A DNA stretch of 64,000 nt from Candidatus Lustribacter sp. (GTDB lineage: Bacteria; Vulcanimicrobiota; Vulcanimicrobiia; Vulcanimicrobiales; Vulcanimicrobiaceae), in assembly GCA_965277805.1 (NCBI GenBank), contig OZ255842.1, positions 2,912,001-2,976,000 of the forward strand, given 5' to 3'. How positions within the stretch are numbered: the first letter of the stretch is position 1; every line of letters begins with the position of its first letter. Positions 1 to 9,651 of the stretch are shown here, piece after piece. Made by a program: the position numbers and the translations under genes. Under the pieces are notes generated by a model. The model was not told the DNA's origin. It ran no database searches and saw only the letters and a program-made list of their open reading frames with translations.

Positions 1-155
1 TGGGGCGGCGGAGTCGGTGTGGGGGAGGGCGCCGGTGCAGGTTGTGCAGGAGCGGGTGCGGCTTGCGCCACCACTTCGTCTGCGCCCGCAGGTGATGCAT
101 TCCACATCGCAATCGCCCCAACGATTGCGGCGAGAGATGCTAGTCGTAGTTTCAA
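1..155 (-). CDS. Secreted protein, N-terminal fragment (runs off window)
   Basis: Manual translation from TTG at 155 after an AAAGGA RBS: MKLRLASLAAIVGAIAMWNASPAGADEVVAQAAPAPAQPAPAPSPTPTPPP. Signal peptide plus Pro-rich linker; absent from the ORF track. Confidence 0.7.
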   Translation of the reverse strand, partial: MKLRLASLAAIVGAIAMWNASPAGADEVVAQAAPAPAQPAPAPSPTPTPPP

Positions 156-390
156 GTGTTTCCTTTTCTCATAAAGAGCGTTCGCCCGTGCAAGGACCCC
201 ACAGCCACGCGGCTCCGGGGAAAACGGCCGAACGGAGACAAGGCTCCCCGCGCAGGCGCGCGAGGACTGACCTCCTGTTAATATTATCCCACGATTCGAC
301 TAGCGGCAACCACTATTGGTAGGAGAGGTCGCCTTTTTTTCTATGCAAATGGCGAGTCAGCAAGCAGGCGGGTCCTCGAACGGCCTGCGA

Positions 391-795
391 CTATTGCGTG
401 GGCGACTGCGCGGTGAAGCCGCTGTGCGCGTCGCCGGACGAGACCCAGCCGTAGTGGCCCCGATTGGGGCCGGAGGTCAGCTTGACCCCTACCGTATCCT
501 GAGCGACGGAGGAGTACCGCGGCTTGGAACTCAGCGGATCGCACGCAACGACGATCGCATGCGTGCCCGACTTGGAGAGCACCGTATGCGTGAGGACGTC
601 AGATGTGTTCTTCATGGCCCCGCTGACGTAATCGATCGCGCGCTGACGCGAATCCCACACGAGCACGTCAGGATCGAAATCGCTCGAGCGCAAAACGACG
701 GCGGCACCCGTCGACAACGAGCACGAACTCGCGTCAGCCGGTGGCGCCGAAAACCATAGCGCCGCCAGCAGTGCGGCGATGACCGAACGTACCAC
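391..795 (-). CDS. Secreted hypothetical protein (possible SH3-like C-terminus)
   Basis: Signal peptide MVRSVIAALLAALWFSAPPADA; C-terminal VKLTSGPNRGHYGWV is SH3b-like. Confidence 0.65.
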   Translation of the reverse strand: MVRSVIAALLAALWFSAPPADASSCSLSTGAAVVLRSSDFDPDVLVWDSRQRAIDYVSGAMKNTSDVLTHTVLSKSGTHAIVVACDPLSSKPRYSSVAQDTVGVKLTSGPNRGHYGWVSSGDAHSGFTAQSPTQ

Positions 796-886
796 GCGGC
801 CCTCTGCACCGAATGTCGACCGCTGTCCTGGCGCAGCCGCTGTTCTTGCTGGGTAACGCTCGCACTTTCAGGGAACGAGCAAGTAC

Positions 887-1834
887 GTGAAAAAATTCGT
901 TCGTCCGCTCGCAGCGGGTGCCGGGTTAACGGGCGCGCTCGCCGTGTTCAATCGCAGTGTGAGCAACGGACCCGAACCCATCAACGCGCTGGGCGGTACC
1001 GTTCGGCGCTGGAACTGGCGCGGCCACGGCATCTTCTCCACCGAATCCGGCACCGGTCCGCTGATCGTGCTCGTGCATGGCGTCTACGCAGGCGCATCGT
1101 CGTACGAGTATCGCAAACTCTTTCCGCTGCTCGCCGCAAACCATCGCGTAGTGGCGTTCGATCTGCTGGGCTGCGGTCTCTCCGATCGTCCGAATCTGGG
1201 CTATTCCGCCGATCTCTTCACCGAGCTCGTTATCGACGCGATGGCCGACGCCGGCGGTGCGGAGCCGGTGACCGTCGTCGGGTCATCGCTCGGCGCGGCC
1301 TTCGCTATTCGCGCCGCAGCTCGTTCGAAGCAACGCATCGCCGGCGTGGTCGCGATTTGTCCGACCGGCCTCGGCGGCGTGCTCGACCGCACGCCCAACG
1401 GCGCGCAGCTTGCGCTCACGGGCACCGTGCGCACGCCGCTGCTCGGAGAAGCGTTGTTCAACGGCCTTGCCTCGCGGCCGTCGATCCGCTACTTCTTGGG
1501 CCAAGCCAGCTACGCGGACCCCGCCAGCGCAACACCGGAGATCATCGATCATTACTACGCCGTCGCGCACCAGCCCGGCGCGCGTTACGTTCCCGCGCAC
1601 TTCGTCGGCGGGATGCTCAACTGCAACATCGCGCAAGATCTGCCGTTCGTCGACGCACCGATCCTGGTTGCCTGGGGCGAACACGCGTCGTCGTTCTCAC
1701 CGCTCGCCAATGCGGGTGAATTTCTCAAGCTCGCGCAGCACGCGAAGCTCGTGACGTTCGCAAATTCGGGCTTGCTGCCGCACGAAGAAGAACCCGAAGC
1801 CATGTGTGCCGCCATCGAGGCCTTCCAGAACTAG
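887..1834 (+). CDS. Alpha/beta fold hydrolase
   Basis: LVHG, AFDLLGCGLSDRP, nucleophile elbow GSSLG, C-terminal PHEE. Confidence 0.9.
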   Translation: MKKFVRPLAAGAGLTGALAVFNRSVSNGPEPINALGGTVRRWNWRGHGIFSTESGTGPLIVLVHGVYAGASSYEYRKLFPLLAANHRVVAFDLLGCGLSDRPNLGYSADLFTELVIDAMADAGGAEPVTVVGSSLGAAFAIRAAARSKQRIAGVVAICPTGLGGVLDRTPNGAQLALTGTVRTPLLGEALFNGLASRPSIRYFLGQASYADPASATPEIIDHYYAVAHQPGARYVPAHFVGGMLNCNIAQDLPFVDAPILVAWGEHASSFSPLANAGEFLKLAQHAKLVTFANSGLLPHEEEPEAMCAAIEAFQN

Positions 1835-2595
1835 GGGAGGCCGTTGCCGTTGCTCCACGGCAGCGTGGCCGGCGCGTCTTGCGGTGCGGGGTTGCTCGCG
1901 GCACACGAACCGGTTCCGGCCACGCACGAGTACACGACGTGAATCGTCGTGTCGTCGGGGGCGGGTGAAGCGAAGGCCGGTAACGGGCCGCTCCAACCCG
2001 CATCGTCGCCTTCGTGATAACCGGCCGGATTCGCCGCGTCGGTAACACCGCTGACGATGACGTACGGCGGCTGCGCGAAGAGGCGCAACGTGACCGTATA
2101 CCGCCCGTGTGCGAGCGGACTGACGGTGCCGTTTGCATCCGCCGGCCCGGCGTCGCTCGTGATCGCGAGCGAGAGCCGCGATTCTTGCACGAACGGCGAG
2201 CACTGGACGTCGATCGCGATATCCGGACCACCGCCGGCGGTGCCGCACAACGGAACACTCTGGGCCGTCGGCGTCACGTCGACCGCGATGCGCAGCGGCG
2301 ACGACGACGCTGCCGGAGCTTCGAGATCGTGCTGGACGCTCCACGCTGATGCGCTTTCGAGCGCGGGGATCGCCGCGGGCTCGGTCGTGAGCGTTGCGGG
2401 CGCCGCCGCGATTTGCGCACCGATCGTCGCGGCAACGTAGCGCTCGTAGCGGCCGAGCGCGGTCTCCACGCCGGGCACGATCAACGCTTTCGCTTCGGCA
2501 ACGCTCGCAGCGCGCGCCGTGCCGGCCACGCCCGCCACTGCCGAGACGGCCAAGATTGTCAGCATCGCGATCAGGACCAGCGTTTGCGCGAGCAT
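1831..2595 (-). CDS. PilX-like minor pilin/pseudopilin
   Basis: N-terminal hydrophobic helix LAQTLVLIAMLTILAVSAV; abuts two prepilin-motif genes. Confidence 0.6.
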   Translation of the reverse strand: MLAQTLVLIAMLTILAVSAVAGVAGTARAASVAEAKALIVPGVETALGRYERYVAATIGAQIAAAPATLTTEPAAIPALESASAWSVQHDLEAPAASSSPLRIAVDVTPTAQSVPLCGTAGGGPDIAIDVQCSPFVQESRLSLAITSDAGPADANGTVSPLAHGRYTVTLRLFAQPPYVIVSGVTDAANPAGYHEGDDAGWSGPLPAFASPAPDDTTIHVVYSCVAGTGSCAASNPAPQDAPATLPWSNGNGLP

Positions 2596-3126
2596 CTATT
2601 GCAGCGCCGGGTCTGCGATCGCCGCCGGCAGTTGCGTTTGCGGCGCGTAGCTCGCGGGCGCCAGCTGCGTTGCGAGCGTGACCGTCGACTGCACCGCAAC
2701 GTTGCACGGATTGGGCGGATAGGCGACCGCGACAGTCAGGGTATCGCTCGGCGCATCGTAGGTGAGGTTGACGTTCATCGAGACGATGCTCGTAGCATTC
2801 GCCGAACCGCAATACGCGCGATGCACGCGCACGCCCGCGACGTAGTTCGCGGCCGATGCGAACGCCCACGCGTGATCGGCCGTCGCCGTGGCGCGCTGCG
2901 CGGGATCGGCAACCTTCGCGGCGGGATAGTAGGCGGCGGCCGCGCGAGCGCGTTCGATCGCGTTGCGCGCGATGCCGGTAGCCGCGCCGCGCAGCAGTTG
3001 CGCCTGCGAAGCGCGAGCGAGTGAGGGCAACAGCGCAAGGGCGTACACGCTGCCCACGACGAGCAGCGCAACGCAGACCACGACTTCGATCAGGCTGAAC
3101 CCGCCGTCGCTGCGCTGCTCAGTCAT
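2596..3126 (-). CDS. Prepilin-type N-terminal cleavage/methylation protein (PilV-like)
   Basis: MTEQRSDGG|FSLIEVVVCVALLVVG type IV prepilin motif; start moved to ATG 3126, which overlaps the upstream stop. Confidence 0.85.
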   Translation of the reverse strand: MTEQRSDGGFSLIEVVVCVALLVVGSVYALALLPSLARASQAQLLRGAATGIARNAIERARAAAAYYPAAKVADPAQRATATADHAWAFASAANYVAGVRVHRAYCGSANATSIVSMNVNLTYDAPSDTLTVAVAYPPNPCNVAVQSTVTLATQLAPASYAPQTQLPAAIADPALQ

Positions 3127-4210
3127 CGAACGTCGGATCGGCGTGCATGTCCGCGCAGGCCGTGAGCGCGGCGGAGAAGGCGGCCGGTTCACCGAGGTCG
3201 CTCGCAACCTGCTGCGCGCCGCGCGCCTGCACGGCATTGCTCGCATAGTTGACGGGATACGGATCGGCGATGGTACCGGCCAGCGCAGACCCGGCCGGCG
3301 GCCACAGCGCAACCGGCCACGTCCGCTCGGCGTTGCCCGGCGCGGGACCGGTAAACGTGAACGTGTAGCCGCCCGTGACGCTATAGGCGGTGACGACGAT
3401 ACGCTGATTGCCGTTCGGCAGCGCCGAATAGCCGTACGCTGCGGGAACGTAGTACGCCGGAGTGTTTTGGAAATCGTACCCAGGCGCGCAATCGGTGAAT
3501 GCACCGTTGCGTATTTCCGGAAATGCGGTATTCGCTTCGCAGCGCCCATTACACGCGTACGTCAAGACTTGGGTGTAGGCCGACGGCCGGTTACCGGCGA
3601 CCAGATCGATCGTCGTCTGCACCGGATCGGCGTCGATGGTCACTTCGACGACGTCGTTACCGGTCGTGATGTGCGAGCCGTCAACGTCCAGCGCGTGCGA
3701 ATCGGCCGCGACCGCCGTGATCCCGGCTGCGTTGAAGAGCCCGCCATCCACGTTTCCCGAAACCGGGTCGGTGTGCGACGCGAGTGCCGGCGCCGGAATC
3801 GTGGTGACCGTCAGGCTTGCGATCGGCGAGACCGCAACTTGGGCTTGAAGCGCGGGATCGCATGGGTTCAACGGACCGGCCGCGGCAGCGCGCATGAGTG
3901 CCGGCGGCTGCGCCACGTAGAGCGCGAACGATGTGCCGCCGGCGTTGCGCTGCATGAATTCGATCGCGTCGCCGCAGCCCGAAGCGGGCTTCCACACCGC
4001 GACGGCCGAGAGCGCATCCGAACGCAGCATTCCGGAAACGACGTCGAGTTGGGCCGCCGCATCGGCGCGCTGCGCGAGCAGGTTCACGTTCCAGCCGATT
4101 TGGCGCACGGCCTCAAACCCGGCCAGCGCGACGAACACGAACAGCGCCGTCGCAACCAGCACTTCGATCAGCGTGAAGCCGGCCTCGCGCGATGTTCCGC
4201 TCGCGTGCAT
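3119..4210 (-). CDS. Prepilin-type N-terminal cleavage/methylation protein (PilW-like)
   Basis: MHASGTSREAG|FTLIEVLVATALFVFVAL motif; ATG at 4210. Confidence 0.85.
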   Translation of the reverse strand: MHASGTSREAGFTLIEVLVATALFVFVALAGFEAVRQIGWNVNLLAQRADAAAQLDVVSGMLRSDALSAVAVWKPASGCGDAIEFMQRNAGGTSFALYVAQPPALMRAAAAGPLNPCDPALQAQVAVSPIASLTVTTIPAPALASHTDPVSGNVDGGLFNAAGITAVAADSHALDVDGSHITTGNDVVEVTIDADPVQTTIDLVAGNRPSAYTQVLTYACNGRCEANTAFPEIRNGAFTDCAPGYDFQNTPAYYVPAAYGYSALPNGNQRIVVTAYSVTGGYTFTFTGPAPGNAERTWPVALWPPAGSALAGTIADPYPVNYASNAVQARGAQQVASDLGEPAAFSAALTACADMHADPTFDD

Positions 4211-4288
4211 GAGCGCAGCAGTGCCCGCTTCGCGATGCCGGTAGTCGCGGCAGGCATATAATCCTGACTCGCGGGCACTAGCCACGCG

Positions 4289-5380
4289 GTGAAGCCAACG
4301 TTCGTTGCGCCCATGGTCCTCGCGCTCGCCGCGTGCGGCGGAGGAACCGGCGGCATTTCGAGCGTGGGCGGCACATCCGCGATCGCGACTCCGAGCGCGA
4401 CCGGAGCCTCCACGACCGCAGCCCCGAGCGCGAGTCCCACAACTCCGCCCGGAGCGACGGTTGACGGTAGAGTGGTCACGATACCGGCGGATGCGTACGG
4501 ACCGGCGGCAATTGCCGGCGCAACGTACGCATCCGCGGATGCATCGCAAACCAGCCCGCTCGCCAACGCCACGGTGATTGTAGGGCCCGTGCCGATCGTG
4601 GGCGCCACGCCCCCGGCGCATCTGCCGGCCGGTGACGTCTCGGCGACGACCGATGCGAACGGCGCGTTCGCGTTGACTCCGCCGCTCGCACCGGCACCGG
4701 CATCGAGCGCCGAACCGTTCGTGATTCCACCGGATAATCTCACGGGCTTCGTATCGCCCGCGAGCGGCTACTACGTCCAAGTGTTCGGCGCAGCGACCGA
4801 CGGCAAGAGCGCCGGCGCTCCGCTTCCGCTGCATCGCTTCATCGCCGCAGGCACGGGCGTCGTGCTGCGCGTCTCAAGCACATCCACTGCCGAAGCCGCG
4901 GCGCTCACCGCAGTAAATGCCGATCGCGCCGCCAACGGCGCCGGTCCGCTGATCTTCGATGAATCCGCCCAAGAAGCAGCGCGGCTCCACGCAAGCGATG
5001 AATCGTCGGCCAATTACACCTGCCACTACGACACCAAAAACGTCGGTCCATCATCGCGATACCTCGCCGCCGGCGCAATCGGGCTTACAGGCGAGAGCCT
5101 CGCGCTCGTCTCCGGCACGGGTGCCATCGCATTCGGGTACTCCGAAGCGGGGTTCCTGGCCGAGAAAACGACAACTCCTCCCGGCGGTCACTATCTCAAT
5201 TTGGTTGACGGCGCACATCTTTGGGCCGGCCTCGCAGCCATCGTCGACGCGAGCGCTCCAGCCTTCGCAAACGTTGATTACGAACTGGTCACCCCGAACG
5301 CCATCGACGCAATTGCCGGCGCATCCGGTTACCCGGTATCCACACCTTGCCCGCCCGGAACCATGGTTAACAGTTCATAG
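4289..5380 (+). CDS. CAP/SCP-domain lipoprotein
   Basis: Lipobox LAA-CGGG; VNADRAANGAGPL, AARLHASD, GESLA, GHYLNL CAP motifs. Confidence 0.8.
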   Translation: MKPTFVAPMVLALAACGGGTGGISSVGGTSAIATPSATGASTTAAPSASPTTPPGATVDGRVVTIPADAYGPAAIAGATYASADASQTSPLANATVIVGPVPIVGATPPAHLPAGDVSATTDANGAFALTPPLAPAPASSAEPFVIPPDNLTGFVSPASGYYVQVFGAATDGKSAGAPLPLHRFIAAGTGVVLRVSSTSTAEAAALTAVNADRAANGAGPLIFDESAQEAARLHASDESSANYTCHYDTKNVGPSSRYLAAGAIGLTGESLALVSGTGAIAFGYSEAGFLAEKTTTPPGGHYLNLVDGAHLWAGLAAIVDASAPAFANVDYELVTPNAIDAIAGASGYPVSTPCPPGTMVNSS

Positions 5381-5496
5381 ATTGCGCAATAGTGCGCTAT
5401 ACTCGAATGGTTCCCGCGGGAAAGCCGCGACATCGGACCCGGCTCATGCTCGGATCCAAGGGACAGGTCTGCCGGTCCCTTAGTTTTTGGAAGCTG

Positions 5497-5985
5497 TCAC
5501 TTCAGGGTGAGATTCAGTTCCATCGGAATCACTTCCCAACGTTCTCCGTTGGATCGGATCTCCGTCGTGGCCGGGCCGAATTCGACGAACCCAACTGACC
5601 GGTAAAGTCTCAATGCCTGCGCGTTATGTGAGTACGCGGCAAGTTCGATGTATGTAGCTCTCCGTGCTCGTGCTTTCTCGATGGCCAACGATAGCAGCAT
5701 CCGGCCGATTCCCTTTCCGCGATACGCCGCCTCGATCACCATCGCCAAAGCCGCACGGTGCTCGCGAAAATATAGCGTGACTTCGCCGACGACGGCGCCG
5801 TCGATTTCAACAAAGATCGTGACCATATTTCCGGCCGCGAGCGCAATCGCAATTCGCCGCGCGCGTTCTTCCATGTCAAAGGGAAGCTCTGTGCGGATCC
5901 ATTGATTTTCGGCGGCAACTCCAGCGATCAATCGAACGATCTCTCCGGCTTCTTCCGGGCCGGCTTCGCGAAAGGTCGGATCCAT
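5497..5985 (-). CDS. GNAT family N-acetyltransferase
   Basis: YRGKGIGRMLL and NAQALRLYRSVGF motifs; start ATG 5985 (MDPTFREA). Confidence 0.85.
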   Translation of the reverse strand: MDPTFREAGPEEAGEIVRLIAGVAAENQWIRTELPFDMEERARRIAIALAAGNMVTIFVEIDGAVVGEVTLYFREHRAALAMVIEAAYRGKGIGRMLLSLAIEKARARRATYIELAAYSHNAQALRLYRSVGFVEFGPATTEIRSNGERWEVIPMELNLTLK

Positions 5986-6052
5986 CGTACCGACGCTGCT
6001 CGGTTTTCCGTCCGCATCCTGCCGACGAACGGCGCGCACCGATAATCTAGAC

Positions 6053-7270
6053 TTACGTATTGCTGCCCCAGGCTCCAACCGGCGGCTTGAGAATAGGATC
6101 GACCCCATCGTTTGCGAATGCCGGATCGTTCGTATCTTGCAAAGGTGTCGACACAGCGTTGCCGGAGCTCGGCGCGACCGCCGCGACGTAGAATACAAGC
6201 GTATAGGCCAATCCGCATACTTGCTGTGGGGGAATGAACGTGACATCCAGCCACTTCGACTTTACCTCACCGACCTCGATCGCGTACGAACCCCACGGCG
6301 CTCCGTCTCGCCAAACATCAAGGATGACTGAGAAACTGCCGCCTGGATCGGTGATCGGCGTATGCGTTCCGCAGCCCTGACGGGTAACCGCATTCCCCGT
6401 GATGTGAATCGGATTGGATTCGAGGCAACTCGAAAATCCGATTGGGTCCGGGGTGCTGGCAACGCAGGCGGCTGGCGCAATTGGCGTAGAGGTCGGAAGA
6501 GCATCGAACTCACAATTCGGCGGTTGACCGGCGTAGCCGGGCGGACACGTACTTGGTCCGCTCGGAGTTGGCACGGCGAGCACATCGCAGACACCTGGAG
6601 TCGTAAGATCGGCAGCGTACCCCGCCGGACACGACGCGGGCGGTGGCGTGATGAGCGCGAGCGTGCACGTTTCGGTGCCGGGACAGGTTGGGCTCGGAAG
6701 CGGCTGCGCGGACGGTGCTTGCGGCGGCGTCTCAAACGCGACCGGCATGCTGCTGCTGAGCGGGACCTGACAGGGGATCGTAACGTTCCGCACATCGGTC
6801 GCATAGGCGAGATGCAGAACAAACGCACCGCTTGCCGGACATGAGTGACTCGTTCCGTTTGTCCGGCCGGCGACGAAATTCGCGAACGCGGTGATCGAGC
6901 CGTGGCTGTCGATTGCGAACGCGAATCCCGGCGCGCCGAGCGGTGCGGCAGTTTCGCTGATTGCGACCGTGCTGTCGTACGATGGTCCGCTGCGCGCTGC
7001 AAACGCGGGATCGCCCGGCATGCGCGCGTAAACGCGTGCGCGATAACCGCTGCCGGTTTGCGCCGGCGCGAACACGACGGTCGCCGCATCAAAGGCAATC
7101 GCCGTGCGGCGCGCTTCGTCGAAAACCGCGCCGACGTCTCGGCCGGCGGACGCGACCGCCGGCGAAGCGCCGGCGAGAAACAACGTGCCGATCGTTCCGA
7201 CGACGATCACGACGATTGCCGTCACCACGATCGTTTCGATCAGCGTGAATCCCGCCTCGCCCCGCCGCAT
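6053..7270 (-). CDS. Prepilin-type protein (FimT/FimU-like) with Pro/Cys-rich C-terminal extension
   Basis: MRRGEAG|FTLIETIVVTAIVVIVVG; FDEARRTAIA helix; CPAGY/CPPGY modules. Confidence 0.8.
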   Translation of the reverse strand: MRRGEAGFTLIETIVVTAIVVIVVGTIGTLFLAGASPAVASAGRDVGAVFDEARRTAIAFDAATVVFAPAQTGSGYRARVYARMPGDPAFAARSGPSYDSTVAISETAAPLGAPGFAFAIDSHGSITAFANFVAGRTNGTSHSCPASGAFVLHLAYATDVRNVTIPCQVPLSSSMPVAFETPPQAPSAQPLPSPTCPGTETCTLALITPPPASCPAGYAADLTTPGVCDVLAVPTPSGPSTCPPGYAGQPPNCEFDALPTSTPIAPAACVASTPDPIGFSSCLESNPIHITGNAVTRQGCGTHTPITDPGGSFSVILDVWRDGAPWGSYAIEVGEVKSKWLDVTFIPPQQVCGLAYTLVFYVAAVAPSSGNAVSTPLQDTNDPAFANDGVDPILKPPVGAWGSNT

Positions 7271-7300
7271 ACGCGGCTTAGTGCCGCAACGGGCCCGCGA

Positions 7301-8272
7301 TCATTCCTTCGGCGTGACCGGGTTTACGGGAGCGCGGCCGGCGAGGACCGCGATGACGTTTTCAGCCGCCATCAGGGCCATCTTGGTGCGGGTTTCTGTG
7401 GTGGCGGATCCGATGTGCGGGGCAAGGACGGTATTCGGTGCGGCGAGCAGCGCCGGATCGACGGCGGGTTCGCGTTCGAACACGTCGATGCCGGCGCCGC
7501 GGATTGCGCCGGAGGTAAGCGCACGCGCCAGCGCCGTTTCGTCGATCACCGGGCCGCGTGCGGTATTGATGACGAACGCCGATTGCTTCATCAGCGCGAA
7601 CTCCGCATCGCTCAGGTAGTGGCGCGTAGCCGGCGTCAGCGGCAGATGCAGCGAGAGCACGTCGCTCGATGCCAGCAACGCTTCTTTATCGACAAAGTGC
7701 GCGCCCGTCTCTTCTTCGATCGCCTGCGCGACGCGGCGCGAGTTCGCATAGATGACGTGCATGCCGAACCCGCGGCCGCGGCGCGCAACCGCGGTGCCGA
7801 TCCGTCCGAAGCCGGCGATGCCGAGCGTGCGTCCGGCCAGCTCCGCACCGTGAAACTCCATCATCATCCACTCGCGGAACCGGCCCTCCCGCACGTAGCG
7901 GTCGGCCGGAACAACATTTCTCGCCACGGCGAGCAAGAGCGCCCAAGCGAAGTCCGCCGTCGCGTCGGTGAGCACGCCGGGTGTGTTGGTCACCGTCACA
8001 CCGCGGCGCGCCGCAGCCGCGACGTCGATGTTGTCGTAACCGACCGCAACGTTGGCCACAACTTTGAGCTTGGGACATTGGGCCAGGATAGAATCGTCGA
8101 TCCGATCGGTGAGCAGCGACACCATCGCGTCCGCGTTGCGCGCGTGCGAAACCAGTTCTTCCGGGGTATAGCCAACGTCGGCGCCGTTGGCGTCCACGGT
8201 TGCGTGGGTGGCAAGCAGCTCCAGCGCCTCACGCGGGACGGCTCGCGTGACCACGACCATAGGTTTCGCCAT
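7301..8272 (-). CDS. D-glycerate dehydrogenase/glyoxylate reductase (D-2-hydroxyacid dehydrogenase)
   Basis: VAVGYDNID, NTPGVLT, GFGRIG, INTARG, DVFEREP, PHIGSA. Confidence 0.93.
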   Translation of the reverse strand: MAKPMVVVTRAVPREALELLATHATVDANGADVGYTPEELVSHARNADAMVSLLTDRIDDSILAQCPKLKVVANVAVGYDNIDVAAAARRGVTVTNTPGVLTDATADFAWALLLAVARNVVPADRYVREGRFREWMMMEFHGAELAGRTLGIAGFGRIGTAVARRGRGFGMHVIYANSRRVAQAIEEETGAHFVDKEALLASSDVLSLHLPLTPATRHYLSDAEFALMKQSAFVINTARGPVIDETALARALTSGAIRGAGIDVFEREPAVDPALLAAPNTVLAPHIGSATTETRTKMALMAAENVIAVLAGRAPVNPVTPKE

Positions 8273-8298
8273 TTCACCCTCCGAAAGCGTGGCACCAC

Positions 8299-9651
8299 AT
8301 GCGCACCGAGATAGACACGTCGATCTTCAAGAGTTACGACATCCGCGGCATCGTTCCGGCGCAACTCAACGAGGATATCGCCTACGCGATCGGCCGCGCG
8401 TTCGTCGAGGTGCTCGACCGTAAGAATATCTGCATCGGCCGCGACATGCGGCCCTCGGGCGAAGCGTTCATGGCAGCCCTCTCGCGCGGCGCGACCGATG
8501 CAGGCGCCGACGTTACCCAGGTCGGCCTGATCTCCACCGATGCCATCTACTTCGCCGTCGGGCACTACGGCTTCGACGGCGGCATCATGATCACGGCGTC
8601 GCACAATCCGGCCCAGTACAATGGCTTCAAGTTTTGCCGCGAAGAAGCGATCGCGATCTCGATCGAAACGGGCTTAGCCGAAATTCGCGACAAAGCGATC
8701 GCGGGCGATTTCAAACCCGCCGCGGCGCACAAGGGCACGGTCAAGCAGCAAGACATCCTCGAAGGCTTCGCCGATCACTGCCTCTCCTTCATCGACGACA
8801 TCAGCGCGATCAAGCCGTTCACGATTGCGATCGACGCCGGCAACGGCATGGCGGGCGAAACGGTGCCGCGCGTGTTCTCGCGCTTGCCGTGCAAGATCAT
8901 TCCGATGTACTTCGATCTCGACGGCACGTTTCCGAATCATCCGGCGAGCCCGATCGAACCCGAAAACATGGTCGACTTACAAAAAGCGGTCACCGCGAAC
9001 AAATGTGATTTCGGGGTTGCGTTCGACGGCGATGCCGACCGGATGTTCCTGGTCGATGAGAAAGCGCAACTGATCGGCGGCGACATCGTCACCGCGCTCG
9101 TCGGCATCGATACGATCCGGCTCAATCCCGGCGCGAAGATTCTTTATAACCTGATCTGCAGCCGCAGCGTTCCCGAGGCGATCGAGAAAGCCGGCGGGGT
9201 TGCGGTTCGCTCGAAAGTCGGGCACTCGTTCATCAAGAAGACGATGCGCGACGAAGACATTCCATTCGGCGGTGAACATTCGGGGCATTTCTATTTCAAG
9301 CGCAACTGGTTCGCCGACTCCGGAATGATCGCGCTGATGCAGTGCCTGAACGTCTTCAGCCGCGCGTCGGGTCCGGTGTCGAGCGTGATCGCGCCGATCG
9401 ACAAGCGAGCGCGTTCCGGTGAAGTCAACTCGCAGGTCAAAGACATTCCGCAGACCTTGCAAAAGCTGCAAGATCATTTCAAGGGTGCGAAGATCGACTT
9501 CCTCGACGGCGTCACGATCCAGTACGACGACTGGTGGATGAACGTCCGGCCATCGAACACCGAACCGTTACTGCGTCTCAACGTCGAAGGTGACAGCCAG
9601 GACGTGATGGAGCGCCACCGGGACGAGGCGCTCGCCATCATCCGAGGCTAA
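8299..9651 (+). CDS. manB: Phosphomannomutase/phosphoglucomutase
   Basis: FKSYDIRG, TASHNP, FDGDADR, GEHSGH, RPSNTEP. Confidence 0.93.
   Translation: MRTEIDTSIFKSYDIRGIVPAQLNEDIAYAIGRAFVEVLDRKNICIGRDMRPSGEAFMAALSRGATDAGADVTQVGLISTDAIYFAVGHYGFDGGIMITASHNPAQYNGFKFCREEAIAISIETGLAEIRDKAIAGDFKPAAAHKGTVKQQDILEGFADHCLSFIDDISAIKPFTIAIDAGNGMAGETVPRVFSRLPCKIIPMYFDLDGTFPNHPASPIEPENMVDLQKAVTANKCDFGVAFDGDADRMFLVDEKAQLIGGDIVTALVGIDTIRLNPGAKILYNLICSRSVPEAIEKAGGVAVRSKVGHSFIKKTMRDEDIPFGGEHSGHFYFKRNWFADSGMIALMQCLNVFSRASGPVSSVIAPIDKRARSGEVNSQVKDIPQTLQKLQDHFKGAKIDFLDGVTIQYDDWWMNVRPSNTEPLLRLNVEGDSQDVMERHRDEALAIIRG

Noticed and set aside
2596-4834. Long N-terminal extensions on pilin ORFs
   Set aside because: Prepilin motifs fix the starts at 3126 and 4210.
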